A DNA stretch of 64,000 nucleotides, taken from Vicugna vicugna (taxonomy: Eukaryota). Below the pieces are notes generated by a model. That model ran no database searches. It was not told the origin of the DNA and worked only from the letters and a program-made list of their open reading frames with translations. Positions 1-13,445 of this stretch are shown here, piece after piece (position 1 is the first letter of the stretch; every line of letters starts with the position of its first letter). The position numbers and the translations under genes were made by a program. The stretch lies in the NCBI GenBank assembly GCA_013265495.1, contig MU058153.1, forward strand, positions 1 to 64,000, given 5' to 3'.

Positions 1-109
1 AGACATTCAGATGCTAACTGATGTCAATATACCATCTGGAGGAATTCATGAGGGAATTGAGCATTGTTATATGTGGGAGCTGTCAAAACATATCTGACCT
101 TCCCGCCTT

Positions 110-590
110 GAAGCCCTTTGCTCTGCCTGGAATGCCCTTATTCTGAATCTTACCTATTTGGCCCTTTTTCATCCTTCAGGTCTTAGCTTAAATGGCATCT
201 ACTTAGGTCTTCCGTGAGCAAACCATTGAAAACAACCACCTCTCTCACATAACCCTGCTTAGATGTATCTATCTATCTATGTATCTATATATCTATGTAT
301 CTATCTATCTGCCTGCCTATCTATCTATCTATCTATCTATCTGCCTATCTATCTGTCTATCATTTTGTGTTGTTGCTTTGGAATTGTTGTTGATTTCTTT
401 TTAAAGAGTTACTTCAAACTTACCACAACTTTTGTTGTTTTGATAATTTGTTCCCTAGTTTATTTCTATCCTCTCACTATGAAATAAGCTCCACAGAGTC
501 ACAGACGGTTCCTATCTTATTTATTACTGCATCCCCAGTACTTGCCTAGCATGGCTCCTGCATGTAACGGATGCACAAGTATTACGTGCA
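110..590 (+). mobile_element. L2 LINE 3' fragment, interrupted by a microsatellite
   Basis: L2-like motifs 'ctctgcctggaatgccctt', 'aagctccacagag' and 'actgcatccccagtacttgcctagcatggctcctgcatgta'. Confidence 0.7.
263..362. repeat. Imperfect (TATC)n tetranucleotide microsatellite
   Basis: Visible tatc repeats with tatg/tgcc variants; this explains the ORF at 263..487. Confidence 0.95.
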
Positions 591-1059
591 GTAGACATGT
601 TTCCGTTCTTCTCGCGTCTTCCTCTTTCAGTCCCTCACTGCCAGTTGTGCCCATACCCTATTCGGAAAGGCAGACCCAGCATGAGCAGCCTGAAACTGCT
701 GCCAGAGTCTGGGATGGTCCGTTTAACCTGAGGCTAGTGTTCTTTGTGGCTCGTCTGGGGCAAGGGCACCCCTGTGTAAATCCTCCTGTTTCTCTTTAAA
801 ACGGATCATGGCCACCCGGGGTTGCCTAGGCTTACTTCACAGGATCCGCAGTCTTTCTGTGAGATAGTCATGAAACACACAGTTACAGCAGAGTGTGATC
901 ATTGCTAAAAGTGTGGCTTTTACTCAGTACTTTTTAAGGATGGAGAAGAGGACTTAACCCACTCACCTACTTCTCACTGGGGTTATCTACAATGCTTCAC
1001 AAGACGGGAATCCTTCAGCTGAGACTGGGGCAGTGAGATGCTTAGTAAGTTAAACTGGG

Positions 1060-1290
1060 CTAATGTAGTTCAAAACGTGTTCTGTACCAAAAATGTCTTA
1101 ATTCAAATCCCGGATCTTCCATGTGTAATTTACAGCCTGGATCAAGTAACTTGAATTCATTAAGTCTCACTCTCCTTACCTATAAGATGGGTGATGGGGA
1201 ATATATACATACTTTTTGGGGTTTGTGTAAGCATCATTATGATAGTTGTATAGGTGCTAACACTTTGTCTGAAGTACGTGCACTAAATAC
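1060..1290 (+). mobile_element. MIR SINE
   Basis: MIR core-like 'ttcaaatcccggatc...caagtaacttgaattcattaagtctcac...cctataagatggg'. Confidence 0.65.
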
Positions 1291-1599
1291 AGTGTGAATA
1301 TGGTCATCATCAGTGTGAAAAACACAATGAAAATGGAAACACGTAAAGGTGCAGAGGGGAGGAAATCATATGATGTTCAGAAAACAATCTGTGTTACCCA
1401 TGCTTTATTTCCAAGTATAGGCTGCTAAGAAAGTATATTTAAGTTCCTTTTGCATGTGCTTTAATCATCTAATAAAATAGTAAGTTCCTTAAGGGAAAGA
1501 GATACTTTGTGCTTCTGCTTAGCATATGGAAGCTTTATCTCATTTACTTTGCTTTAGATTTCTGGCTGGTTCTCCAGGTTTACAGAAAGCTAATATTTC

Positions 1600-1830
1600 A
1601 CAGTGGAAATAGCAAATGCTTTGAAGTCAGAATGAACCATATGTGAACAAAGTATCCATCATTTCTTATCTGTGGAGCCTTGAATAAGATGCTAAACTTT
1701 CTGAACTTCAGCTTTCTTACTTGTGGACTGGGAATAGTAATACTTCAGAGGATTGTTCTATGAAGTTAGATATTATATAAAAGCTGCTGTATATGCTTGG
1801 TGCATAGTACGTGCTCACTACATTATATAG
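1600..1830 (+). mobile_element. MIR SINE
   Basis: 'cagtggaaatagc...ctttgaagtcaga...tctgaacttcagctttctt...cttggtgcatagtacgtgctca'. Confidence 0.7.
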
Positions 1831-2199
1831 TAGCAACATAGCAGCAGTGGTAGTTACACCAGTAGTAGTGGTAACGGTAGCTGTTGCATTACATTGGAAC
1901 ATCTGGAACGTTTAATATCCTTATCTGCACAGCAGGTGGTCTGTACAGATCTAGTGCTTACCCAAATCTTGCTCCTGTCCCTCCTATGCTCCTGGAGTAG
2001 TACTACACATCCTAAACCGCTTGTGATTAGGAAGGGCAACATGCTGGTTTTGGCCAATAAACTATTCACAGAATCTATGTGCTTCATTTCTAGGATTTCT
2101 AGGCAAAAGTATGAAATAACTAGCAGGTGACCCTTTGATTTTCTCTTCTTTTAATGATCACTAAGGCCCTATTCAAGATGGAATAACTACGAGATAATG

Positions 2200-2352
2200 A
2201 AATCTCCACCAGCTTAGATTCTGAGTGGAACAAAACTCCAGATGACCTATGGGTATAGTATATGATAAATAAATACACTTGGAATGTGGTAAACTAGTGA
2301 AAATTGGGGATATTTATCACTACAGCATTACCTAATTTGTACTGACTAATAC
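2200..2352 (+). mobile_element. MaLR (MLT1-type) LTR 3' fragment
   Basis: Ends with 'aaataaatacac...attggggatatttatcactacagcattaccta...tgactaataca', a typical MLT1 terminus. Confidence 0.5.
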
Positions 2353-2929
2353 ATTTGAGTAATAGTTAATGCTAATTTTCAGAACAAGAGCAATTCTAAT
2401 CATTTCTTCTCTTAGAAGGTCTTTATGGACAATAACCCCCTGATGACTAACATAAAATTAAGGCAATAGGACCTCAATAGCAACAAAATGAAATATTTCT
2501 TGTTCTGTGAACCCTAGAAACATAAGACAGACAATATAATTATAAAACCTGATAAAGAGTTTGAGTACTTTAAATAGATTATTATAGATAAAATTGAGCT
2601 CAAATGGTCTCCTCACTTATTTGAAAAGATTGGATACTTCAGGTTTAAAGGAATTATTTGTGTGTCGGTATGTGTAGTTATTAATGTAGAGACTTAGTTG
2701 GCTTTTCTGAATGGTGATCTAAAAAAAAAAAAAAACCCAAAATACAAAAAAACAAACTAACAACCTAGTGGAGATTGGAATTGAAATTACTTTCTCTTTA
2801 ACAGACACTTAAATACGTAATGGGTGAGTGTGATGTGACCATTTGTTGCTCGGTATCTGAGAGGCCCTCATTCATCACCGTCCTCTTGATAGGTGCCTTT
2901 AGACAAGTCATGATATTAAGGACACTTTG

Positions 2930-3175
2930 CCTAGTGGTTAAAAGCCTGAATCTTGAGCCAGACTGCCTAATTCAAGTGATATCTCTGTTATTAGCTGTGT
3001 GACCTTAGGCAATGGACTTAAAATCTCTGTTCCTTAGTTTCTTTATTGATAGAATGTGGATACTAATAGTAAATATTCTATAAATAGTTGTGCAAATTAA
3101 ATGTGGTAAAACATCTAAAGAACTTATTAAAGTACCAAGCATATGCATAGTAACATTTCAGTAACTATTAGCTTT
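2930..3175 (+). mobile_element. MIR SINE, near full length
   Basis: 'tagtggttaaaagc...gagccagactgcc...ttagctgtgtgaccttaggcaa...ctctgttccttagtttc'. Confidence 0.85.
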
Positions 3176-3399
3176 TTGTATTATCCGTCTCTCTGGGACT
3201 CTGTTTTATTATCTTTAAAATAAAATGATTGGACTAAATGATCCATTAAAGTCCTGTTATTTTTTTTCTTCCAAGAATGAATGTTCCATGAGTGCAGGAC
3301 CTAAGACCGTATTTGTCTCATTATATTCTCATAACCTAATAAATTCTAATACAAAAGACACTCAGTAAATATTTATTAAATACACAAATCAATGACTTT

Positions 3400-3640
3400 A
3401 TAATAACAGCCACTATTTGTTGAGGATTTAAACATGCCACACACTGTTCTAGATTCGATTATCTTAAATTCTCACAATGAACAAATGAAATAAGTACTAC
3501 TGTTACCTCATATTACAGATGAAGAAGTGATATAAAAAGATGTTAGATCTAAGTATTTCAAGGTCATACAACATAATGAGTAAAGAGCAGTGGAAGAATA
3601 GGACTTGGATTTAGATGTTTGACATCTGAGTTCCTAAATA
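3400..3640 (-). mobile_element. MIR SINE
   Basis: Reverse MIR: 'tatttgttgagg...atgccacacactgttcta...ttacagatgaagaagtga...caaggtcataca'. Confidence 0.75.
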
Positions 3641-3789
3641 AAATCTTTTTTTCTTCAGTATTGTTATGAAGACCATTTATAATGTAACTGTGAAGCTGAT
3701 TAATAAAAGCTGAAGTCAACTCTTGAAACAGTGCTTCCATTACTCACAGCTCTACAACATGGTGGTCATCTCTGAACTGTCTGTGCTGC

Positions 3790-3900
3790 TCATTAAGGAA
3801 TGAATTTTTTGAGCACTAAGATTGCATTTATCCTGTCTCAGCACAATATCTGACACGTAATAGGTACGCAGTATATGCTGATGGATGAAGGAATGAATAG
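3790..3900 (+). mobile_element. L2 3' end
   Basis: 'cagcacaatatctgacacgtaataggtacgcagtatatgctgatggatgaaggaatgaat'. Confidence 0.65.
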
Positions 3901-5619
3901 CAATTAGAAACCTGGGGGTTGCGGAGGAAGACTTTGACAGGTTATACTTCAAGGGTTATTTTATATAAAATTACCAATGTCATGATTCCATTTGACTCTA
4001 TGCCAGATATCTATATATTTTATTTGCTCAACCATCACAAAAATGTAAGGTGGGAACTGTTAACCAAGTTTACAGATGAGGGTATTAACTCAACCAAAAT
4101 GCTAAAGTTTTTTATCTCCTAACTTCTGGTTGTTTCTACCACATTAAATTAGCATGTAAATTAGTAAAGTGTTTTTTTTTAATTTAAAGGAATATTCAGT
4201 GTAGTTCTCTCCATTATAATAATCCAGTGACGATTGTGCACTTCTCAGGAATGTGAGGGCACAGAGAGTTGTAGTATTATGAGTAGGCGGTGACCCACTT
4301 GTAGCTTCACATTATTTTTATTTCCTCCATTTTATTATCAAGCAAGCCTGAGATTAATAATTGTTAAGTGATTTGATTTGAAATGGGCACTCAGTTCAGT
4401 TCCTCAATTTACCAGCCTCTTTGAATCATTAGCATTTTATAGAAGGCAAATTGTTTCCAGGTCTTTTACAGAGTAATTGGCCCTGAATATCTGTGGTGAG
4501 AGACTGTGTAAGCTGTGTGAAGGGGTTTGGTGCCTCCCAAAAGGCATTCAAGGAAATTACCTATTAGGTGGGTGAGGTGGCACCCAGGAACCAAATGCCT
4601 GTGGTACCTCCCACATTTGTGCCCCAGCAGTTCAGCTCAGCATGGTGACCAGAAACAGAAGCTCAGTATCTCACTGTTATAGACAGGCTGTTCAAAATTG
4701 AGTGGATCAATGCTTTGATTAAAGCCTCAAGATGCCAGCCAGTCAGGGTGGTCATAATGTTTAGTCCTATTGACATTCTCCTGTAAACCACTGAACCATT
4801 TGGTCAATAGACCAGAATTCTGGATTAGAGAATAATAATTGTGGCTGGCCAATTGGTAATGGATTCTCTCAACCATCTCCCAGGGAACTTGTTGCACTAT
4901 TTTAAAGCAGCACATTTGGAAGGCTCCACTCCAGTGCTTCACAAAATCATTCTTGGAGTGTGAGACAATTCGATTTAATATAAAACAGAAATGGAACATT
5001 AATATGGAACTATTTTCCTGGCAATGAATGTACTTTGTAGGAAAAATGGCAAACTGATTTTGAGGAAAGATTCACAGACCTATGGATGAGTGATGAGAAC
5101 TTAGTTTTTTTTTTCTCTTTTACTTTTCAAACAATACGTTAAGTATTTAAGGGGAATATAAGTACCAAATCACATTTTAAAATATGTTTCTTATACTGTC
5201 CCTTTCCTTATAATCTCTTGAAAATAAATAGCGTTTCTAATTCTTCAGATGTTATGTTTCTAAACAAATCATAAAGCCAGGACTTGGTTTATATATAAAG
5301 TTGACAAATTCTAGCACCAAGTCCCATTGACTAGAAATCGGTGTAATATATGTTTCTGCAGGGACTTTCAGTTTCTTCAATCTTACCCTTCTCCTTGTAT
5401 AAGCAGAAAACATTTTCTGAAAGCTGGATACTAGTTCCTTAATATGGTTTGAAAATATCTTAAAGCACAAAAGACACAAGGATAAAGGGCCCTTCTTCTC
5501 TTCCTATCTGACCATTCAGGAATAGAAAAATGTTACTCAGATTCTGGAGGTGTGTGTTTCTTTATATCAATCACCTTTCAAGAAGATATTTTGAGGCCGA
5601 ATGGAAAGACATGGAATAA

Positions 5620-6200
5620 ATCATAATAAAATAAGAAGAAATCAGGGTTCCAAGCTGGTAAAGGGAGGCACAAGAAGGGTTAGGAATTTTAGTACTGTGC
5701 TGTAAGCTTTTGAAAAATTATTAGAACCTTGTTGAAATTTTGCCATCAGCTGCTAACAACCAAAGCAAAGAGAAGATTCCAATATGTGTAAGGTTAAAAC
5801 AACCAGAGCTCAGCTGAAGCAAGGAGTGTTAAAATTACAAAGTCAACTGTTTCCCAACAGTCAATGTAATAATTGATCTAGACAAGCATTATCAAAGATT
5901 GCTAAACCTATTAAGTAAAATACTTCTAGGGAACAGGATTCATATGGTCTCAAAGTATCTCCCCACAGTTAACCTAATACTTTCAAAGAATAAATATACC
6001 TTTATATGAAATGATTCAGTAGGCACATTAACCAGTTTATCAATCTTGGCATCATTAATGGTGGGAAGACCTTACCATATATGTCTCCTTGTGTGATGCA
6101 AAAAGAAATAAGCAGCATCTCTATTTAATATTCCTACCATAACTGTTTAACTTGATTCTCGTGATGAGGAAACGCACAAATTCAGAATGTGAGAGGATCT
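5620..6200 (+). mobile_element. Old L1 (L1MC4/5-like) 3'UTR fragment
   Basis: 'atggtctcaaagtatctccccacag', 'cttggcatcattaatggtggga' and 'gatgaggaaac...caaattcagaatgtgag' resemble L1MC 3' ends. Confidence 0.6.
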
Positions 6201-7249
6201 GATTTCCTAGTTGTAAGTATCCCTATGTCAAGGGGAACACTTTCTATAATAATGTTTTCATCCCACCCACAACAAATGCTTGTGATTCAATGGTCCTAAA
6301 CCGAGCTTCAAGGATACCTATTACTTTGAACATTAGCTTTATTCTTAGCTGCTTTTTCCTTCCTTAGGCTATACAAGTCACCTGTCTGTCTTATCTATTC
6401 AGTCAGTGAAGCACACAGACTGCCATAAGGTGGCAAGTTAGTTGCTTTAATTTTTTCTTAAATAATTATTGTAACCTCCAATATGACTTCTGAAATTGAC
6501 ATAGGAATCGCCAGTGCCCAGCTAGCATTACACAAGCAAGGTTGATATCTCCCAGGGCTTAGTGGAAGTGTGTTCTTAGGCTGTATCCCAAGAGCATGCC
6601 TGCTATAGAAAATGATAAGTCTTATGAGAATGGAGGATATCAATTCTAAATGTTCCCAGAGATAAACGGTGTCTCCTGGTGGTTATTTTTGTGACCTGAT
6701 CTTATTTTCCCCAAATGGGCAATTACTTGCGGTCAGAAATTTTCTAACTTTTTTGTGTTTCCATTGCCATAAAAAGGCATCTAATTAGTCTTGTTGAATT
6801 GGTGGATCAAGAAGAAATGAGACAATAAATATAGCTGGGGCATGCTCCATAGTTTTTCTGTCACTGTCTGTTGAAAAGTTTCTGTGACTTTAATCAGATT
6901 TCTTCATTTGGTAGGGATCATTTACAAGAGACACCAAATAAAAAAAAAAAACATACTCATTAGATTTCCCCTGGGGAGACAATTTTGGAAGTTATAATTT
7001 TCTACTCTAAGTGTGAACAACTTCACCATGATAAGAAGGCTTCACACGGATAATGACAATAATGCAGTTTAATCTTTAAAGCACCCAGCCTGAAGGCCTC
7101 CAAAATGGAAAACAGATGTGCTGTATGTACATCTTCCCATTTTCTCCAGCAATACAACCAATTTACAGAGAGCTAGGGCATCAGATGGGGCTCAAAGAAG
7201 AGCCTGTCTAATGGCCTGATCTCCTAATATTCAGGAGAGGGAAAATCAT

Positions 7250-7690
7250 GACAGTAATAATTTATTGAACACTTAGGATGCACCCAGCACCTTGGTAGGC
7301 AGTTTGCATACATAGCAACACTCTGAATTTTATGCTATTGTCATCTTCATTCTATCACTGAGAAAACTAGAACTTAAAGAGATTAAGAGAATTGTCCAAT
7401 GGCACAAATGTGAAGTAGAGATCAGGCAGGTCTCATCTAGAGACCATTCTCCTAAACGAAGGAAACCACCAAACTGTGTTAGGGTTCATTGAGTTTCCAC
7501 AGGTTTATTTTCGTGCATTAGTCTAAGTCTTTATGACTGCACTCAAGGTAGACATTATAGTAAGTGTGGAGATATGGAAATTGAGGCTCAAAGATGTGAA
7601 ATACCTTTCCACCATCATTCTTCTTATAACTGGTTAATGCTTGCACATGTGGTGTCACTTGCAAAACAGTGTCCTTTAAAGTGTATCATG
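7250..7690 (-). mobile_element. Two adjacent MIR fragments
   Basis: 'taatttattgaacactta...ctgagaaaactagaacttaaagagattaag' and 'gatatggaaattgaggctcaaagatgtgaa'. Confidence 0.6.
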
Positions 7691-8008
7691 CTGTCTCTAT
7701 CTTTTGCTGATTGAGTTTTTCTCTTCTTGTCTGGCTTTCTCTTATGCCTCTAATTTATATAGATTGACATGAAATTATATGAAATACTTGGGCTTAAATT
7801 TCTATCATAGATAATCCTAGGATGATCAGAAAATATGACCAAAGTAAATGGAATTTATGTCAAGCTTGGGGAAAAAAATAGTAGTCCCAGGTTCTAATGG
7901 TAATCAGAACAGATTGAACTAATCTTAAACTTTTAAACCAGAATATTACACAAATAGCAAGGACCATGTTTTATACTATTTTCTGTGTGAAATAGTGCTG
8001 TAAGCCAC

Positions 8009-8490
8009 TGTGGAAAGATTAATTTTCCCTCAATATATAATCTCTCCTTCCTTTTAATCATAAAACTCCTCAACCACCAAACATGACTTTGCTCACATGA
8101 CGATTCACATGATCACTCAGACACTGCATTTCCAGGCTCTTCGTGGAAATAATCTGATTCTGTGAGTGAGTTAGTTACATGGAATATGAGAATAAAAATT
8201 GCTTGTTCTCTGTTTCTCCTCTGTCCCTTTCTTTGTGTCCAAAAGAGAAAGTGGTGCTAAGAGGATAGATTCAACCATGAAGACATGAAACAGTCACCTT
8301 AGTGAATAGTGGGATGACAAGATGGAAGGGAACTGGATTCCTAGGCAACTTTATGAAGCAGAACTGCCCACCTACTATGGGCTCTTTGCTTACTCCTAGA
8401 CCAAAAGAGAAATAAACATTTATTTTGCTTAAGTGTCTGTATTTTGAGATATCTTTGTTACCTGAGCTTAGCATGTATCTAATTAGATCA
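8009..8490 (+). mobile_element. MaLR LTR (old MLT1 subfamily)
   Basis: 'gatggaagggaactggattcct...gaagcagaactgcc...agaaataaacatttattttgcttaag...ctttgttac'. Confidence 0.65.
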
Positions 8491-8610
8491 GTGTTTACTG
8501 TAATAAAACTCAATATCCATTGTGTTAATCAAGAAAGTTTTAAGAATTATACATTATTTTGTATACTAACCTCTATATTTTCTAATAGCTCCATGGTGAT
8601 ATACTACAGG

Positions 8611-8979
8611 TATTATGGGTTAACTTGTGTAACCTAAAAATTCATTTGAACTCCTCTTAAAATATGTCTGTATATGGAGTCTTAGAATATGACTGTGCAT
8701 GGAGATAGGATTTTTAAAATGGTTATTGTGGTTAAATAGGGTTATCTGGGAGGGCCCTAATCCAATATGACTGGTGTTCCTATAAGAAGTGATTAGGACA
8801 CAGACACAGTAAAAACCATGTGAAGACAAAGGGAGAAGACAGTCATCTACAAGCCAAAGAGAGAGGCCTCAGAAGGATCTCAGACTTCTATCCTTTAGAG
8901 TTATGAGGAAATAAATTTCTTTTGTTTAAGTTACCCAGTCTGCAGTGCTTTGTTATGACAGCCATAGCAAATTAACACA
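8611..8979 (+). mobile_element. MaLR LTR (MLT1A-D-like)
   Basis: 'gggccctaatccaatatgactggtgt', 'tctacaagccaaagagagaggcctcagaa', 'aaataaatttc...ttgttatgacagcc...aattaacaca'. Confidence 0.9.
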
Positions 8980-9349
8980 CATGGGAAAAGAGATTCGGAG
9001 TCTTCTAAGAACTCCAAAATATGGGCAATAAAATACTCTCATGAGAATTGTATTAGATAAATCAATGAATAAAAGAGGAGAGATGAGAAACAAATCATGT
9101 AAGTAAGTTTGAAGAGCACCTACTATGTACCAGGGATTATTTTATGAGTTGAGGATAAAGCAAAGTCCAAGACAGATTGAATTCATTAATCCATTATTTC
9201 CTGGTGCTCAAAATTTTATTTAAAAGACAAAAATAATCAACATGAAGAATGACATATTGAGGGAGAGTAGTCTCCCTCGTTTGGGGATTTATAGAGGATC
9301 TAAGCAGCAGTTTTTGTCCTAATACCTAAATGACAAAAAAGTCATCCAA

Positions 9350-9957
9350 TCTATATCTGTGACTGTTGTAGATGTGAGTTGTTGTATGTAATCATAATAA
9401 CCACAAAGGAAAAACATACAGTAAATACACGAAAGATAAAGAGAAAGGAATATAAGCATACCACTAAAGAAATTCATCAAACCAAAAATGAAAAGAGTGA
9501 GAGAAGAAGAGAGGAACCACAAAAATAGTAAGTAAACAGTTAACAAAATAGCAGTAAGTGCATATCTATCAATAATTACTAAATTTTCCAACAAAAAGAC
9601 ATAGAGGGGCTGAATGGATTAAAAAACAAACAAAAACCCCAAGGGCCATCTACATGCTGTCTACAAGAGACTAACTTTAGATATAAGGACACACACAGAC
9701 TGAAAGTCATGAGATGAAAAAAGATATTTCATTCAAATGGAAACCAAATAAAAGCTGGAGTAGCTATACTTATATCAGGTAAAATAGACTTTAAAACAAG
9801 GACTGTAAAAAGAGACAAAAAAGGCCATTACATAATGATTAAGGAGTCAATTAAACAAAAGGAGATCACATTTGTAAGTATTTATGCACCCAATATAGGA
9901 ACATCTAAAACATACACAACATTGTAAGCTGACTACACTTCAATAAAAATATGTATA

Positions 9958-9988
<31 letters not shown>

Positions 9989-10611
9989 AAAACAAATATT
10001 AACAGAACTAAAGGAAGAAATAAAATCTGCAGATTCAATGCAATTCCCCATAAAAATTCCAATGGCATTTTTTCACAAAAATAGAATAAACAATCTTGAA
10101 GTTTGTATGGAACTACAAAAGGTCCTTAAATAGCCAAAGCAATATTGAGAAAGAACAAAGCTAAGGCATCATGCTCCCTGATTTCAAAATAAATTACAAA
10201 GCTATAGCAATTAAAATAGCATGCTGTTGGCTTAAAAACAGACACATAGATCAATAGTCCAGAATATAGAGCCCTGAGATAAACTCACATATATATGGTG
10301 GCATAATTTATAACAAAGGATACGGGAACATACAATGGATAAAGGGGAGTCTATTCAATGAATGGTGTTGAAAACCGGACAGCCACATGCAAAAAATGAA
10401 GCTGGACATTATCTTATACCATACAAAAAATTAACTCAAAAGGGATTAAAGACTTGAACATAAGACCTGAAACCATAAAACTCCTAGAGGAAAATATATG
10501 CAGTAAGCTCCTTGACATAGGTCTTGGTGATGATTTTTTCAGTTTGACACCAGAAGCAAAAGCAATGAAAGTAAAAATAAACAAGTGGGACTACATGGAA
10601 CTAAAAACCTT
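9350..10611 (+). mobile_element. Older L1 (host element): inter-ORF region, ORF2 endonuclease and post-RT segment, internally deleted
   Basis: Endonuclease-like 'atgctgtctacaagagact...aaagctggagtagctatacttatatcag...atttatgcacccaatatagga', then a jump at ~10024 to 'atctgcagattcaatgcaattccc'. Confidence 0.9.
9915..9990 (+). mobile_element. Tiny L1 3'-terminal insertion with (TAAA)n tail
   Basis: 'acaacattgtaagctgactacacttcaataaaa' matches the L1 termini at ~13393, ~16616 and ~25306. The host endonuclease sequence resumes afterwards. Confidence 0.75.
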
Positions 10612-13445
10612 TAGACGGTGTTAAAAAAAAAAAAAGAAAAGTAAAAGCAACGAAACTAAAAGCAGGTTGTTTGAAAAGATAAACAAAATTGATAAACCTT
10701 TAGCCAGACTCACCAAGAAAAAAGGAGAGGGCCCAAATCAGTAAAATCAGAAATGAAAACTGGCACCACAGAAATATAAAGGATCATAAGAAACTATTAT
10801 GGGCAACTATACGCCAATAAAATGGACAATCTAGAAGAAATGGAAAAATTCTTAGAAAGGTACAATCTCACAAGTTTGAACCATGAAGAAAATTACAGGC
10901 CAATATAACTGATTGACATAGATGCAAAATTCCTCAACAAAATACTAGTAAACTGACTCCAAGAATTCATTAAAAGAATCATACACCATGGTCAAATGGG
11001 ATTTATTACAGGGGTGCAAGGATTTTTTTCAGTATCCCCAAGTCAATCAACAGTGTGATACACCACATGAACAAATAGATGACTACAAACCATATGATCA
11101 TCTCGACAGATGCAGAAAAAGCTTTTGATTAAATTCAACATCCATTTATGATAAAAACTCTTCAGAAAGTGGGCATAGAGGGAGCATACCTCAATATCAT
11201 AAAGGCCCTATAGGACAAACCCAAAGCAAACATCATACTCAAGGATGAAAAACTAAAATCATTTCATCTAAGCTCAGAAATAAGAAAAGGATGCCTTCTC
11301 TTGCCACTTCTATTCAACACAGTTTTGGAAGTCCTAACCACAGCAATCAGAGAAGAAGAAATAAAAGGAATCTAAATTGGAAAAAAAAAGCAAAACTGTC
11401 ACTATTTGCAGATGACATGATACTAAACATAAAAAATTCTAAAGACACTCCCAGCAAACTACTAGAGCTCATCAATGAATTTGGTAAAGTTGCAGGATAC
11501 AAAATTAATACCCCCAAATTTGTTGCATTTCTATTCACTAACAACAAAATATCAGAAAGCAAAATTAAGGAAGCAATCCCATTTACCAGCACATCAAAAA
11601 GAATAAAACACCTAAAAATAAACCTGCTTAAGGAGGCGTAAGACCTGTATCTGAAAACCATGAGACACTGATGAAAGAAATTGAAGACAACATAACAAAA
11701 GGAAAGATATACCATGGTCTTGGATTAGAAGAATCAATATTGTTAAAATGGCCACACTACCCAAGGCAATGTACAGATTCAGTGCAATCCCTATCAGATT
11801 ACTAGTGGCATTTTCACAGAACTGGAACAAAAAAAATTTAAATTTGTATGGAAATGCAAAAGACCCTGAATAGCCAAAATAATCTTGAGAAAAAAGAATG
11901 GAGCTGGAGGAGACATACTCCCTGACTTCAGACTATACTACAATGCTACAGTCATCAGAACAGTGTGATATTGGCACAAAAGCAGACACATAGATCAATG
12001 GAACAGTATAGAAAGTTCAGAAATAGACCCATGCACTTATAGTCAATTAATCTATGACAAAGGAGGCAAGAATATAAGATGGAGAAAAGACAGTCTCTTT
12101 AATAAGTGGTGCTGGGAAAACTGGACAGCTACATGTAAAAGAATGAAATTAGAACATTCTCTAACACCATATACAAAAATAAACTCAAAATGGATTAAAG
12201 ACTTAAGTATATGGCATGCTGCCATAAAACTCCTAGAAGAGAACACTCTTTGACATAAATTACAGCAGTGTTTTTGGATCTGTCTCCTAGAGTAATGGAA
12301 ATAAAAACAACAGTAAACAAATGGGACCTAATTAGGCTTAAAAGCTTTTGCACAGCAATGAAACCATAAAAAAGACAACCTATAGAATGGGAGAAGACAT
12401 TTGTAAACAATACAACAGACAAGGGATTGGTTTCCAAAATATACAAGCAGCTCACACAGCTCAATATCAACAAAACAAACAACCCAATCAAAAAATGGGC
12501 AGAAAATCTAACTAGACTTTTCTCCAAAAAGACATACAGATGGCCAACAGGCACATGAAAAGATGGTCAACATCACTAATTATTAGAGAAATGAAGATCA
12601 AAACTACACTGAGGTATCACCTCACATCAGTCAAAATGGCCATCATCAAGAAGTCTACAAATAATAAATACTGGAAGGGGTGTGGAGAAAAAGGAGCCCT
12701 CCTACGCTATTGGTGGGAATGAAAATTGGTGCAGTCACTATGAAGAACAGTGTAGAGTTTCCTTAAAAAAGCTGAAAGTAGACTTACCATATGAATTAGC
12801 AATCCCATTTCTAGGCATATATCTGGAGAAAACTCAAATTTGAAGAGACATGCACCCCAATGTTCACAGCAGCACTTTTTACAATAGCCAAGACAGGGAA
12901 GAGATCTAAGTGTCCATGGAGAAATGAATGGATAAAAAACAATGCAGTGTGTGTGTGTGTGTGTGTGTATGTATATGTATGTGTGTGTGTATATATATAT
13001 ATACACACACACAGTGGAACACTACTCAGACATACAGAAGAATGAAATGATGCCTAGAGATTATCATACTAAGTGAAGTAAGTCAGACAAAGACAAATAT
13101 CATATGCTATCACTTATGTGTGGAATCTTAAAAAAACAACACAAATGAACTCATTTACATAACATAAAGAGACTCACAAACATGGAAAACAAACTTACGG
13201 TTATTGGTTAGGGGAAGGGAGGGATAAATTGGGAATTCAGGATTAGCAGATACAATACTATGTACAGAGTAGATAAACAACAAGGTTATATTCAATGGCT
13301 TGTAGTAACCTGTAATGGAAGGAAATAGGAAGAGGAATATGTATATGTTTATATGTATAACTGAATCACTATGCTTTACACCAGAAACCAATACAACATT
13401 GTAAATCGATTCTACTTCAATTTGAAACAAAAATGAGGAGAAAAT
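10612..13445 (+). mobile_element. Younger 5'-truncated L1 (ORF2 RT, C-terminus, 3'UTR) nested in the older L1
   Basis: RT motif KLSLFADDM (FADD at 11405-11416), ORF2 C-terminal fragments, 3'UTR and A-rich tail. TSD aaaacctt at 10604-10611 and 13446-13453. Many frameshifts and stops. Confidence 0.95.
12947..13013. repeat. Compound (TG)n/(TA)n/(CA)n microsatellite inside L1
   Basis: Seen directly. Confidence 0.95.
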
